This document shows positions 16,706 to 25,801 of a stretch of 31,519 nucleotides of DNA, piece after piece. The stretch comes from a virus (lineage: Duplodnaviria > Caudoviricetes). Made by a program: the position numbers and the translations under genes. Under the pieces are notes generated by a model. That model made no database searches and was not told where the DNA came from. It saw nothing but the letters and a program-made list of their open reading frames with translations. Every line of letters begins with the position of its first letter. Within the stretch, counting starts at the first letter, position 1. The stretch covers positions 1 through 31,519 of the IMG/VR virus record IMGVR_UViG_3300044630_005405. One strand, written 5' to 3'.

Positions 16706-17578
16706 ATGATTAAAACTAGTGTTGTAAGACCCAAGGTTAAAACCGTTAACACTTTAAATGTTTTTAAATCAACTGAGCTTGTTCCAGAATCCGCGACTGA
16801 GATTTTATTTAAAAATATAACATCCCAGTTATCTGAACACGAAAATTTTGTTCTTGACAAACCTATATACGTTTTTTATCATATCTACTGTGCAAACGGG
16901 TGGGTTGAGATTCTTGAGGATCAAGTTAATTTAATGAAAGAATCTGGTTTATATGACACAGCAAAAAAACTATTTTTTGTTGTTAACGGCGACCAAGAGT
17001 CATATGATTTCATCACCAAAAAATATGGTGATAAAAAAATAAAATTTTCTAAAGTAAAAAATAAATACGAGTACCCCACAATCGAATTAATTAAAAAATT
17101 ATCAAAAAAAGAAAATTTTAAAGGCGTCTATATTCATACAAAGGGTTCCTCTAAGAAAGTAGGTACCCATTCTAATTACTGGAGAAAAGTTATGGATTTT
17201 TATAACATTTCTCTCTGGAAATATAACTACACAATTTTGGATTCTTACGACATAGCTGGTTGTAATTTTAGCCAAGGCGGTACCCCAGTTGATAAGTATT
17301 GGGCAAACTATTCAACAATCCTTATTAATGGTTGGTTTAAATATCACACTGATCACTTTGCTGGTAATTTTTGGTGGTTTAACCCTAGCTATGTTAATAA
17401 ATTAAGGGACCTAACACCAGAGGAAAAAAATAATAGGTGGAACGCTGAGTGGTATATATTCATGGGCAAACCAAAATACTTTACTTGGGCAACACCGCGT
17501 AACGTCAGTTATTTCCTAAGGGATACTGAATATCAGTCTTTTATTAATTTAATTGTTAATAGAATAATAAAAAAATAA
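16706..17578 (+). CDS. Putative glycosyltransferase-like protein
   Basis: 'VFYHIY', 'YEYPT', 'YIHTKG', 'WRKVM' and 'HFAGNFWW' form a pattern I associate with viral glycan loci (HTK as in RgpF-like proteins). Function is inferred from this and from gene context. Confidence 0.5.
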   Translation: MIKTSVVRPKVKTVNTLNVFKSTELVPESATEILFKNITSQLSEHENFVLDKPIYVFYHIYCANGWVEILEDQVNLMKESGLYDTAKKLFFVVNGDQESYDFITKKYGDKKIKFSKVKNKYEYPTIELIKKLSKKENFKGVYIHTKGSSKKVGTHSNYWRKVMDFYNISLWKYNYTILDSYDIAGCNFSQGGTPVDKYWANYSTILINGWFKYHTDHFAGNFWWFNPSYVNKLRDLTPEEKNNRWNAEWYIFMGKPKYFTWATPRNVSYFLRDTEYQSFINLIVNRIIKK

Positions 17579-17585
17579 ATAAAAC

Positions 17586-18344
17586 ATGAAAAGACAAACA
17601 CCAACAACAAGAAGAACGAGAAAAAAATTAACACCTGAAGAAGAGTTTGAGGCTCTTGAAGAGATTAATCGCGCACATAGCGGTAACGTCTTGGATAAAA
17701 TGAAGGTGGATATTAAATGTAAAACCCAAAACCAAAAAAAATTAATCACCGAAATAAAAAACAAAGAGATGGTTATTTGTTCTGGGTTACCAGGTACTGG
17801 TAAAACATTCTTATCATGCGCCATGGCGTTAGAACTCCTTAAGAATGACCCAAGGTATAGGAAGATCGTTATCGTTAAATCTGTGACAACATTAAAAGAT
17901 GAGGAGATTGGATTCTTAAAGGGTACGATGAAAGAAAAAATGGAACCATTTATGTACTCATTTATGCATAACTTTGAGAAGGTTATCGGAAGACACAATG
18001 TTGAGCTTTTAAGAGCCAATAACATGATTGAGGAGATGCCAATAGCTTACATGAGAGGTATTAACATCGACAATTCAATAACCATAATTGACGAGGCCCA
18101 AAACATTTCAATCGATAACATTAGAACAATTATGACTAGACTTGGCGAAAACTCTAAGATGATATTCTTGGGTGATGAAAACCAAATTGACATGAAAAGA
18201 AAGGGTGAAAGTTCGTTAAACTTCATCATTCAAAAATTCAGTGACTTCGATGAGGTTGGTACAGTAGTTCTTGGTGAGGACGATGTTGTTAGAAACCCAC
18301 TAATTAAAAAAATCGAAAAAATATTTAACGAAAGTAAAATGTAG
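17586..18344 (+). CDS. phoH: PhoH-family ATPase
   Basis: 'KTQNQ', Walker A 'GLPGTGKT', 'EIGFLKG', 'AYMRG', Walker B 'IIDEAQN', 'TRLGENSK', 'GDENQID' and 'DVVRNP'. Confidence 0.96.
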   Translation: MKRQTPTTRRTRKKLTPEEEFEALEEINRAHSGNVLDKMKVDIKCKTQNQKKLITEIKNKEMVICSGLPGTGKTFLSCAMALELLKNDPRYRKIVIVKSVTTLKDEEIGFLKGTMKEKMEPFMYSFMHNFEKVIGRHNVELLRANNMIEEMPIAYMRGINIDNSITIIDEAQNISIDNIRTIMTRLGENSKMIFLGDENQIDMKRKGESSLNFIIQKFSDFDEVGTVVLGEDDVVRNPLIKKIEKIFNESKM

Positions 18345-18346
18345 TG

Positions 18347-18377
18347 TTTATTTTACCTCACTTCTTTATTATTTTTA
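18347..18377 (+). promoter_or_regulatory. Possible host-type promoter (variant)
   Basis: TTTA (18347-18350) - 19 nt - TATTTTTA (18370-18377), each element one base off consensus, in an intergenic gap. Confidence 0.35.
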
Positions 18378-18392
18378 GTTAAAAATAATTAT

Positions 18393-19028
18393 ATGGTAGT
18401 AGGTATTACGATAAATAATATTTTAAGAGATCACATTTCAAAATTAAAGGATTTATATGAGTTCGAATTCGAAAAAGAAGCGATAGAACCTATAAATCCT
18501 TTTAATTTATCAGCTTCTTTCCCAGATATTGATGGCAGCGTTGAGTCACCAGAGTTTAAGACTGATGAGGAAGTTGAATTTACTGAAAACAAAAAAGATG
18601 AATCATTTAATCTGGAAAGATTTATGTACGATGACGCTTGTTTTGAGGTTTTCGGTAGAACGGATGAGACTGAACCTGGTATTATCAAAAATATATCAGA
18701 TTTTTCAAACAAAAATAAGATCAACATCTTATTATTAAACAATGAGAGCCAAAGATCTAAAGCGGCCACGTTGTTCTTTTTAAGTAAAAACTATTATAAT
18801 CTAGAGCAAATAGTCTTCCCAAAAAAGTGGAAAGATTTTTGGTCACATTGTGATGTTTTGGTAACAGATAACCCCAAAATCTTAAAAGCAAAACCTAAAG
18901 GTAAAACATCCATAAAGTATCAAAATGAATTTAATGTTGACATTAAATCTGATTATACTATAATTAACACTAAAGAATTATTTAAACTCCTAAAAAAACT
19001 AAACAAAGAAGAAAATGGAAAAAACTAA
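18393..19028 (+). CDS. 5'(3')-nucleotidase-like HAD-fold protein with degenerate catalytic motifs
   Basis: 'VGITINNILRD' aligns to 'IGIDIDGVLRD', and 'DVLVTDNPKIL' to 'DILIDD.P'. The DxD aspartates are absent. Confidence 0.6.
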   Translation: MVVGITINNILRDHISKLKDLYEFEFEKEAIEPINPFNLSASFPDIDGSVESPEFKTDEEVEFTENKKDESFNLERFMYDDACFEVFGRTDETEPGIIKNISDFSNKNKINILLLNNESQRSKAATLFFLSKNYYNLEQIVFPKKWKDFWSHCDVLVTDNPKILKAKPKGKTSIKYQNEFNVDIKSDYTIINTKELFKLLKKLNKEENGKN

Positions 19029-20094
19029 AGAAATAGTTAGCAATCTTGAATCCGCAATCGCTAAGATTAAAAACAAAGAACATAAGATCATTTTTTTGGT
19101 TCCCGACACAAAGGGTAACGGTAAATCTAGCGTTATACATTTGTATAATCAAGCGCTTGTTCTTAAAAATAACGGCTACAATGTGGCGATTCTACATGAA
19201 AAAAATGACTTTATCAAAGTAGGTTCTTGGTTAACACCAGAGTGCGATGAATTAGAGCATATGTCAATTGAGGATAACAATCTTGTTGTTGGCCCGTCTG
19301 ATTTTATCATTGTACCAGAAGTATATGGTAGCGTTTTTGAACAGATTAGTTCCATGCCACTAGAAAAAGTTATTTACGTGCAGTCATTTGATTACATGTT
19401 GGAAGCTTTCTCACCTGGTAAATCTTGGGTTGATATTGGGGCTGAAGAATGCATCACAACATCTAACACGTTAAAGAGTATGGTTGAGGACACCGTACCC
19501 GTTGAAGATGTTCAATTCATTGAACCAATGGTTGAAAGTAATTTCTCAGCTAGTGAAAAACCACAAAAACCTATAATCGCAATCCACTGTAGAGAGGCTA
19601 GAAAAGCAGCTAAAATCATCAAAGCTTTCTACTTAAAATTCCCAATTTATCGATTCATTTCTTTTAAAGATATGCACGCAATGAACCACAAGGATTTTGC
19701 TGAAAACTTAAAAGAGTGCGCTGTTTCAATTTGGGTTGATGATGACTCATCTTTTGGTCGTTTCCCAGTTGAATCAATTAAATGTAATGTACCTGTAATT
19801 GGTAAAGTACCTAATATTATCCCAGAGTGGATGACAGATGACAATGGTATTTGGGTTTATGATGAAAATCAGATCCCAGAAATTTTGTCTAGCTACATTA
19901 AAAATTGGTTAGATGACACATTACCAGAAAATTTATTAACTGTTTCACAAACAATCGGTGAAAAGTACACAAGAGAGATGTTTGAGAAAAACACGATAGA
20001 AGTTTTTGAACATTTATTCAATAAAAAAATGTCAAAACTTGAAAAAATAAAAGAAAATTTTAATCAAACCGTAGAAGAAAATGAACAAAACTAA
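19015..20094 (+). CDS. GT-B fold glycosyltransferase-like protein
   Basis: 'DFIIVPE', 'IYVQ' and 'SSFGRFPVESIKCNVPVIG' (GT4-type 'E.FG..plEAm..g.PVi'). Confidence 0.75.
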   Translation: MEKTKEIVSNLESAIAKIKNKEHKIIFLVPDTKGNGKSSVIHLYNQALVLKNNGYNVAILHEKNDFIKVGSWLTPECDELEHMSIEDNNLVVGPSDFIIVPEVYGSVFEQISSMPLEKVIYVQSFDYMLEAFSPGKSWVDIGAEECITTSNTLKSMVEDTVPVEDVQFIEPMVESNFSASEKPQKPIIAIHCREARKAAKIIKAFYLKFPIYRFISFKDMHAMNHKDFAENLKECAVSIWVDDDSSFGRFPVESIKCNVPVIGKVPNIIPEWMTDDNGIWVYDENQIPEILSSYIKNWLDDTLPENLLTVSQTIGEKYTREMFEKNTIEVFEHLFNKKMSKLEKIKENFNQTVEENEQN

Positions 20095-20911
20095 TTTAAC
20101 CGTTATAATTCCCGTACATTCAGTTGAAAGTATCGGTACACAAAAATTTGATGATTTATTTGACATCGCACTATCATCGATTGATAGAAATGATGTTAAA
20201 CCAGAAAGAGTATTAATCGTAACATGCAATTGTTTAGATGTTATTTCTAAGATGAACTCTTTTGATTTTAAGAAATACGACCTAAACATTGATGTGGTAA
20301 CTAACGAAGGTGAATCAGATTACCAAAGCCAAATAAATTTTGCTGCTAAAGAGGTTACAACAGAATTTATGAGTATTTTGGAATTTGATGATGAAGTGTC
20401 AAAAAGTTGGTACAAAAATGTAAACGATTATGTTAAGGCTTATCCAGATGTTGATATGTTTTTACCGATCATTAATGATGTATCTGAAGATAACAAATTC
20501 ATCGGACTATCAAACGAAGCTGTTTGGGCTTACAACTTTAGTGAGACTTTAGGTTCAATCGATCTAGAGACTTTATTAGAATACCCGAATATCAACCCAT
20601 GCGGTATGGTAATCAAAACATCTGTTTATAACGAAATAAACGGTTTAAAACAGATTAAATTAACATTTAATTATGAGTTCTTATTACGTTTCCATAAAAA
20701 CGGATACAAATCAATGGTTATCCCTAAAATAGGGTATAAACACGTAAATATGAGAGACGGGTCATTATTCTGGCTTTATAAAAACAGTGAGGCTGTTGAG
20801 TATAAAATTGATCCAAAAGAAGCTTTATTCTGGATGGAGTCAGCCAAAAAAGAATACATGTTTAACGAAGATAGGCATATAATTTATGAGGAAAATGAAG
20901 TTGGTGGATAA
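20081..20911 (+). CDS. GT-A fold (GT2-like) glycosyltransferase
   Basis: 'LTVIIPV', 'SILEFDD', 'YEFLLR' and 'IPKIGYKH..R.GS'. Confidence 0.8.
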   Translation: MNKTNLTVIIPVHSVESIGTQKFDDLFDIALSSIDRNDVKPERVLIVTCNCLDVISKMNSFDFKKYDLNIDVVTNEGESDYQSQINFAAKEVTTEFMSILEFDDEVSKSWYKNVNDYVKAYPDVDMFLPIINDVSEDNKFIGLSNEAVWAYNFSETLGSIDLETLLEYPNINPCGMVIKTSVYNEINGLKQIKLTFNYEFLLRFHKNGYKSMVIPKIGYKHVNMRDGSLFWLYKNSEAVEYKIDPKEALFWMESAKKEYMFNEDRHIIYEENEVGG

Positions 20912-21624
20912 TGGCAAGACAGAAAAAAGATCGCAATTATTATGGTGTAGACCAGGAGAAAGCGGTGATCATGTTTCTGGATGCTAAAACTGTTGAGGAA
21001 AGAGAAAAAATTTATAGAGAACACTTACAAGAACCTATCAATAAAATGATAGAAAGTATTATAAGAACGTATAAATTATACAGACAATCCTACGAATTCA
21101 ACGATTTACATGCGGACACCCTATCCTTCTTGATGACAAAGTTTGATAAATTCAAACCAGAAAAGGGTAAAAGATCATTTTCATATTTCGGGACTATCTG
21201 TAAGAATTATCTCTTTGGCGAAATGGTTAAAGAGTATAAAAAAAATATGTCACTTGTTGACATTGACCAAAATGAGGGTGAGGTGTTAAAAAGAGATGAT
21301 CTATTGTATAGAATAGATAATGATGATCTTGATTTAACAATTTTTATTGAATCTTTGGCCTCTAGTATACGAAAAGACTTAGAGGCTGATGATTTAAGTG
21401 AGAACGAATTTAAAGTAGGGCATTCTCTGGCTAAAATTTTAGAAGAATGGCGTGAGCTGTTCTCACAAGTAAATGAAGGTAAGAACTCACCAAAGTTTAA
21501 TAAAAATCTAATATTGTTGTATATACGAAATATGACGGGCTTAAATACTAAGGAAATTAGGAATAGTATGAAAAGATTTAAGTCATTGTATAAGATTTTT
21601 AAGGACAATTATTTGGATGCCTGA
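20911..21624 (+). CDS. T4 gp55-like RNA polymerase sigma factor (region-2-type)
   Basis: 'NYY...DLHADTLSFLMTKFDKFKPEKGKRSFSYFGTICKNYL' parallels sigma region 2 and gp55 'D.ien.l.y..nF.peks.npFaYftqi'. Confidence 0.65.
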   Translation: MARQKKDRNYYGVDQEKAVIMFLDAKTVEEREKIYREHLQEPINKMIESIIRTYKLYRQSYEFNDLHADTLSFLMTKFDKFKPEKGKRSFSYFGTICKNYLFGEMVKEYKKNMSLVDIDQNEGEVLKRDDLLYRIDNDDLDLTIFIESLASSIRKDLEADDLSENEFKVGHSLAKILEEWRELFSQVNEGKNSPKFNKNLILLYIRNMTGLNTKEIRNSMKRFKSLYKIFKDNYLDA

Positions 21625-21640
21625 TATTTATTAATAAATA
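21625..21640 (+). promoter_or_regulatory. TATTTAT putative late promoter within a perfect 16-bp palindrome
   Basis: TATTTATTAATAAATA starts directly after the sigma-gene stop. The ATG is at 21649. Confidence 0.5.
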
Positions 21641-21648
21641 ACATTATT

Positions 21649-22026
21649 ATGGTACCTAAAAAGAAAAAAGTTGATGTTTCAGAAGAAAGCATGAAAGAAC
21701 TCATGCAAGAAACATACAATGAGATTGTTGATGAGAGAAATAGAGCTTTAACCGCTTATAAAAAATTCTCTAGAGACATTAATGAAAATTCGGATATAGC
21801 CTTAGTTGGTAAGATAACAAATGATTTACTTAAGATCATTGACTCGTCTATTGAGAAAAAACTAAGATTGATCAAAATACAGGGGGATATTCTTTATAAG
21901 TCTGGTAAGCCAACAGAAGGTTCTGGTGTTAGTATGACAATTACAGATGAAGATAGAAAATGGGCTGAAGAGTTTATTAAAAAACAAGGTGCTTCATCGG
22001 ACACAAACGAAAAAGAGTATGAATAA
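21649..22026 (+). CDS. Hypothetical helical protein
   Basis: 125-aa charged ORF coupled (TAATG) to the next gene. Confidence 0.8.
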   Translation: MVPKKKKVDVSEESMKELMQETYNEIVDERNRALTAYKKFSRDINENSDIALVGKITNDLLKIIDSSIEKKLRLIKIQGDILYKSGKPTEGSGVSMTITDEDRKWAEEFIKKQGASSDTNEKEYE

Positions 22027-23933
22027 TGAGTTCACAAAGCGAGATATTTTCAAGGTATAGATCATTAGTAGTTTCTAATACACAAAAACCGTTTATTAGC
22101 GATTCACAAAAAAAATTAAATAAATTAGAGTTTATTGATTTTTTGGTTGAGCTCGTTAAATCAACTAGGGGGCAAAAAGAGTTTAAATCCTTAATATTAA
22201 AGGGTAGTTTATCCCAGTTAAAAAAATTCGATTCAATTAATAAGGTTATAATCGATGCCTTTTTTCAGGCTTTTGGTTGTGACCCAAACTTAGTAATACC
22301 AGAAAAATACACAACACTATCCGTAACGGGTATTGAAATGGGTAAACAAGAAATCGACTCTTTTGGTCTATTAAATGTCGCACCCGATAGTCGTGTGGGT
22401 AGACTAATGTATGAAGGTAACGATGTCACTAGACACGTAAATTACTTTTTCAACAAAGCTCAAAATGCTGACGTTGCATCCCCACTGATACTTAAAAAAG
22501 GTGATAGGGTTTTATTTACATTGAGTGCGATCGATAGTTCAACATACCTATTTAAATTCGGTGAATATTATTCAAAAAAACAATTTGGTGAATTCCTAAA
22601 GGACTACCTAGAAGTGGCTACGCCAGTTTTTAATTTCCCAAATTTTATGGCAATTCTAATGGATATCTTAACAGGATCATTATCTGTTAAAGGAAACATT
22701 AATAAAGCAATAATTGTCAAACAAAGTGGTTTAATAAAGGGTCTTAAAAAAATGTTTGGTTTTTGTGGTGAGGAAAATGATACAACAAAACCAGATTCCA
22801 GTAACAAACCATTCTTAAATGATCAATATGGCGCTAACCAAGCACAAAAAAACGGTGAGGAAAGTGGTTTATTAAATACTGATTCAGATTTCGATAACGT
22901 TTTTAATTTTAACAATAAAGAGTTAGATGAAATTGACACTATCGGTAATTTAAGGGCTAATAATTTTTTAAGATTCTCATCTTGTGGTAATTTAGATGTT
23001 GCGATAAACCCAGATGATATTTTAAACTCATTAGAAGAATTATTCAACAATAGCCAACGCAATAAGTTATTATTTCCAGGTGAAAACCCTAACCAAGTCT
23101 CCCCTGATATTAATGAACCAGCTTTAGATAACTCTAAAAAGGTACCTAACCTAGACCAAGCTGCCAATCTATTGGAAAATGGTCTAAACAACGGTTTAAA
23201 TAAGGTTATAAATGATGGTGAGACAAACGCGGTCCTTAATCTACCTAACATAAACGCAGAAGTACAATTAAATATATTAAAAGCCATACCATACGCTTTA
23301 ATGCAGATGATTGTAACACCTAAATTAATGGTAGTACCAAAATTGTATTTAGTTTTAAAAGGTGATACTGGTAAAAAAACACCAGAAAGCATGATTAATT
23401 TCATCAAGCCTATAGTAATAAAAATTGGTAACTTTATCACAGATCTATTGGTTAAAAACATATTTAATCTAATTAAAAAGGATCTCGTTAATTTAGCTAA
23501 AAAAATATCAGCTGATTTTTTAAAACAAAGGGGTCTTGATTATATTTCAGCTCTTAAAAGTTTATTGGCTTTACTAAAAGCGCTTAAAGGTCTTAAGGTT
23601 AGCGGGTGTGAATCCATAATAGAACAAATTTTAAGGTTGTTAAAACTACTTAATTTTGTACCAATGCCACCTCTACCACCGCCGCTAGTTTTAATTGGTG
23701 GGGCTTTGAAGCCAGGTTTAAATCAGGTTGCTATGATTAACGATCTTAAATCTAATTTAAGTGAAAAGGGTATTGAAACGGCGGCTACATTCCCAGATGG
23801 TACACCAAACCATCTAATGATAGCGTTAGAAGAAACAGTAAAATTAATGGTATCACATATTAAAACGAATTCTAAGGTTGAAGTAACAACAACTGGTGTT
23901 GGTCTTTCTATGGGGTACGGACAAATACAATAA
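22026..23933 (+). CDS. Hypothetical protein, probably virion/baseplate-associated
   Basis: 635-aa ORF in an operon with the spike-like gene. No family recognised. Confidence 0.75.
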   Translation: MSSQSEIFSRYRSLVVSNTQKPFISDSQKKLNKLEFIDFLVELVKSTRGQKEFKSLILKGSLSQLKKFDSINKVIIDAFFQAFGCDPNLVIPEKYTTLSVTGIEMGKQEIDSFGLLNVAPDSRVGRLMYEGNDVTRHVNYFFNKAQNADVASPLILKKGDRVLFTLSAIDSSTYLFKFGEYYSKKQFGEFLKDYLEVATPVFNFPNFMAILMDILTGSLSVKGNINKAIIVKQSGLIKGLKKMFGFCGEENDTTKPDSSNKPFLNDQYGANQAQKNGEESGLLNTDSDFDNVFNFNNKELDEIDTIGNLRANNFLRFSSCGNLDVAINPDDILNSLEELFNNSQRNKLLFPGENPNQVSPDINEPALDNSKKVPNLDQAANLLENGLNNGLNKVINDGETNAVLNLPNINAEVQLNILKAIPYALMQMIVTPKLMVVPKLYLVLKGDTGKKTPESMINFIKPIVIKIGNFITDLLVKNIFNLIKKDLVNLAKKISADFLKQRGLDYISALKSLLALLKALKGLKVSGCESIIEQILRLLKLLNFVPMPPLPPPLVLIGGALKPGLNQVAMINDLKSNLSEKGIETAATFPDGTPNHLMIALEETVKLMVSHIKTNSKVEVTTTGVGLSMGYGQIQ

Positions 23934-23935
23934 TT

Positions 23936-24142
23936 ATGAATAACCCTAAATTAAAAGAAATTTACGATAACGTTGATAAAAAATCCAACAAAGATTTGGC
24001 TAAAATCCTTCTTGGGTTAAAAAACGATTTTGACGCTTTAAAAGAAAATGTTTTGAAACTAACAACAACATTAGAAGAGGTTGAAATAACGTATGATAAA
24101 GTTTATGGTGAATTAAAAGATAGGTTAAAATTTAAAGACTAA
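23936..24142 (+). CDS. Small coiled-coil protein
   Basis: 68 aa with heptad-like L spacing, coupled to the next gene. Confidence 0.7.
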   Translation: MNNPKLKEIYDNVDKKSNKDLAKILLGLKNDFDALKENVLKLTTTLEEVEITYDKVYGELKDRLKFKD

Positions 24143-25788
24143 TGGAGAGTTTTGAATTAGGTATTTGTTTTGATAACCAAGATCCGTTAAATCACGGTAG
24201 AATACGCGTTGTACCATATGAAGGGTATAAGACTTATCTTACCGTTACTGATATACAAAATGCTGTAAAAAACAAAAACATTAACGGTAATATGTACACC
24301 GAATGGTCTTACACCGTTAGCCCTGGTAAATTTCTTGACGAGTTTTTGGCGCAACCATTTTTACCGTCAAACATAAACATGATACCTAAACCAGGTCAAA
24401 TTGTTAGGCTTATCAGAACAAAAGCTGGTCAATTATATATTGGACCAATTACAAACGACCCTCTTTTTTTATATAGCACATATAGAGAACAAGATAATAG
24501 GGAAAAATCTGCGACTCCAGACGATATCGTTAACAATATAAATGATTCAGTATTATCTGGTTTTGATAACGAACAAATTGCTCTTGGGAATAACCGTGTT
24601 TTAATAAGATTAGATCATATATCAAATAAAGCGAGAAAAACACAATACCCGTTATTTCAAATCTCAAAATACAAAAAGTTGCTAACTTATAGAGAAAAAA
24701 CAGAAACAACAACCACTAAAAAGGATGTTTTTTTAGACTTTTTTGTGGAGTTAATATTTGAGTATGAGAGAAAAAATTCTTTGACGGATAGAAATATAAA
24801 ATGTACCATTAGTCTTTATGATACTTTAGAGACAATTCAAGATAATAAAGGTAAAAAGGGTTTAACAAAAAAACAATACAATAAATTAAAAGATTATAGC
24901 TCTGGTACAATTAGAAATCAATATACGGTTAGACATACGTTACAATTTAATGACGTGGCTTTACTTGATAAAGCAATCGAGGATATAATTTCATCTTACA
25001 AAGAGAAAAAGATAAAATACTATAACCCAGACTTAATAGGAACCCAAGAGATTAAAAGTGATGGTAGTGTTATATCTTTAGTTAACAGAATACCAACAAA
25101 ACCAAATTCAGGTGGTGCTAATAATGAAACAACAGACGTTGTACCTAATATAAATAATTTTGTGGTTAGAATCGTACCTTCCAATAGAGACAAGTATACA
25201 ACACCAACAATACAACTACAAAATGAATTAGGTATACCAAAAACGCAACCAACCGACACATCGTCACTTGATTATGTTAGGTTTGATGAGTTTAACCAAT
25301 TTATTGGTAAAATAAAAAAATACTCAACCGATCGCTTCATGGGTAACCAGGAATTGCAAGCTCCTGTTACAGAAACTAAAAAAACAACTGAAGAAAAAAG
25401 TGAGAATAAAGATTTAACCGCCCAAGTAATGTATGCGGATAAATTTCTATTTTTGAGTAGTATTAACTCACCAGATTATTTGGATAACCCTAGAGACGGC
25501 ATGTCAATTGAAACTGTGGCTAAATTTTTATCAGCCCTATCCAATGATGGTAAGAAAAGTTACCAAACATACGGCTGGGTTAGAGGTGAAAAACTACTGG
25601 AAATGATTAATAAGTTGATTAATATCGTTTTAACACACGGACATTCAATCGGACAAGTACAGGATTCCATCAATAATGATGCTAGGAAACTACTAACGGA
25701 TTTACAAGGAGAGTTGACCCAAGAAATAAACGGAAACAATTTAAATCAACCAACAAGCATAATAAACCATAACTTACGCATTAATTAA
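24142..25788 (+). CDS. Baseplate central spike/hub protein (gp5/gpV/VgrG-like OB-fold N-terminus)
   Basis: 'GICFDNQDPLNHGRIRV...IPKPGQIV' is the gp5/gpV OB-fold signature 'v.d..DP...GRvrV...P..Ge.V'. The C-terminal 'VRGEKL...LTHGH' carries an HxH motif. Confidence 0.7.
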   Translation: MESFELGICFDNQDPLNHGRIRVVPYEGYKTYLTVTDIQNAVKNKNINGNMYTEWSYTVSPGKFLDEFLAQPFLPSNINMIPKPGQIVRLIRTKAGQLYIGPITNDPLFLYSTYREQDNREKSATPDDIVNNINDSVLSGFDNEQIALGNNRVLIRLDHISNKARKTQYPLFQISKYKKLLTYREKTETTTTKKDVFLDFFVELIFEYERKNSLTDRNIKCTISLYDTLETIQDNKGKKGLTKKQYNKLKDYSSGTIRNQYTVRHTLQFNDVALLDKAIEDIISSYKEKKIKYYNPDLIGTQEIKSDGSVISLVNRIPTKPNSGGANNETTDVVPNINNFVVRIVPSNRDKYTTPTIQLQNELGIPKTQPTDTSSLDYVRFDEFNQFIGKIKKYSTDRFMGNQELQAPVTETKKTTEEKSENKDLTAQVMYADKFLFLSSINSPDYLDNPRDGMSIETVAKFLSALSNDGKKSYQTYGWVRGEKLLEMINKLINIVLTHGHSIGQVQDSINNDARKLLTDLQGELTQEINGNNLNQPTSIINHNLRIN

Positions 25789-25790
25789 AA

Positions 25791-25797
25791 TATTTAT
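25791..25797 (+). promoter_or_regulatory. TATTTAT putative late promoter
   Basis: Lies in the 13-nt gap before ATG 25802. Confidence 0.4.
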
Positions 25798-25801
25798 TAT
25801 C

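Noticed and set aside
18342-18395. phoH TAG stop is in frame with the next gene across 16 open codons (possible read-through or TAG recoding)
   Set aside because: Genes are not fragmented under code 11, the other TAG stops (12502, 15791) give no fusion, PhoH is complete at the stop, and the gap looks like a promoter. Probably chance.
7793-20911. Glycan region interpreted as a bacterial capsule/LPS locus (host DNA or prophage flank)
   Set aside because: It is interleaved and translationally coupled with phage-type genes (dut, phoH, gp55-like sigma), lacks wzx/wzy/kps export genes, and shows no integrase or att-like boundary.
21649-22026. Possible small terminase subunit
   Set aside because: The size and helical character fit, but no diagnostic motif is visible and it is not adjacent to terL. 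Left as hypothetical.
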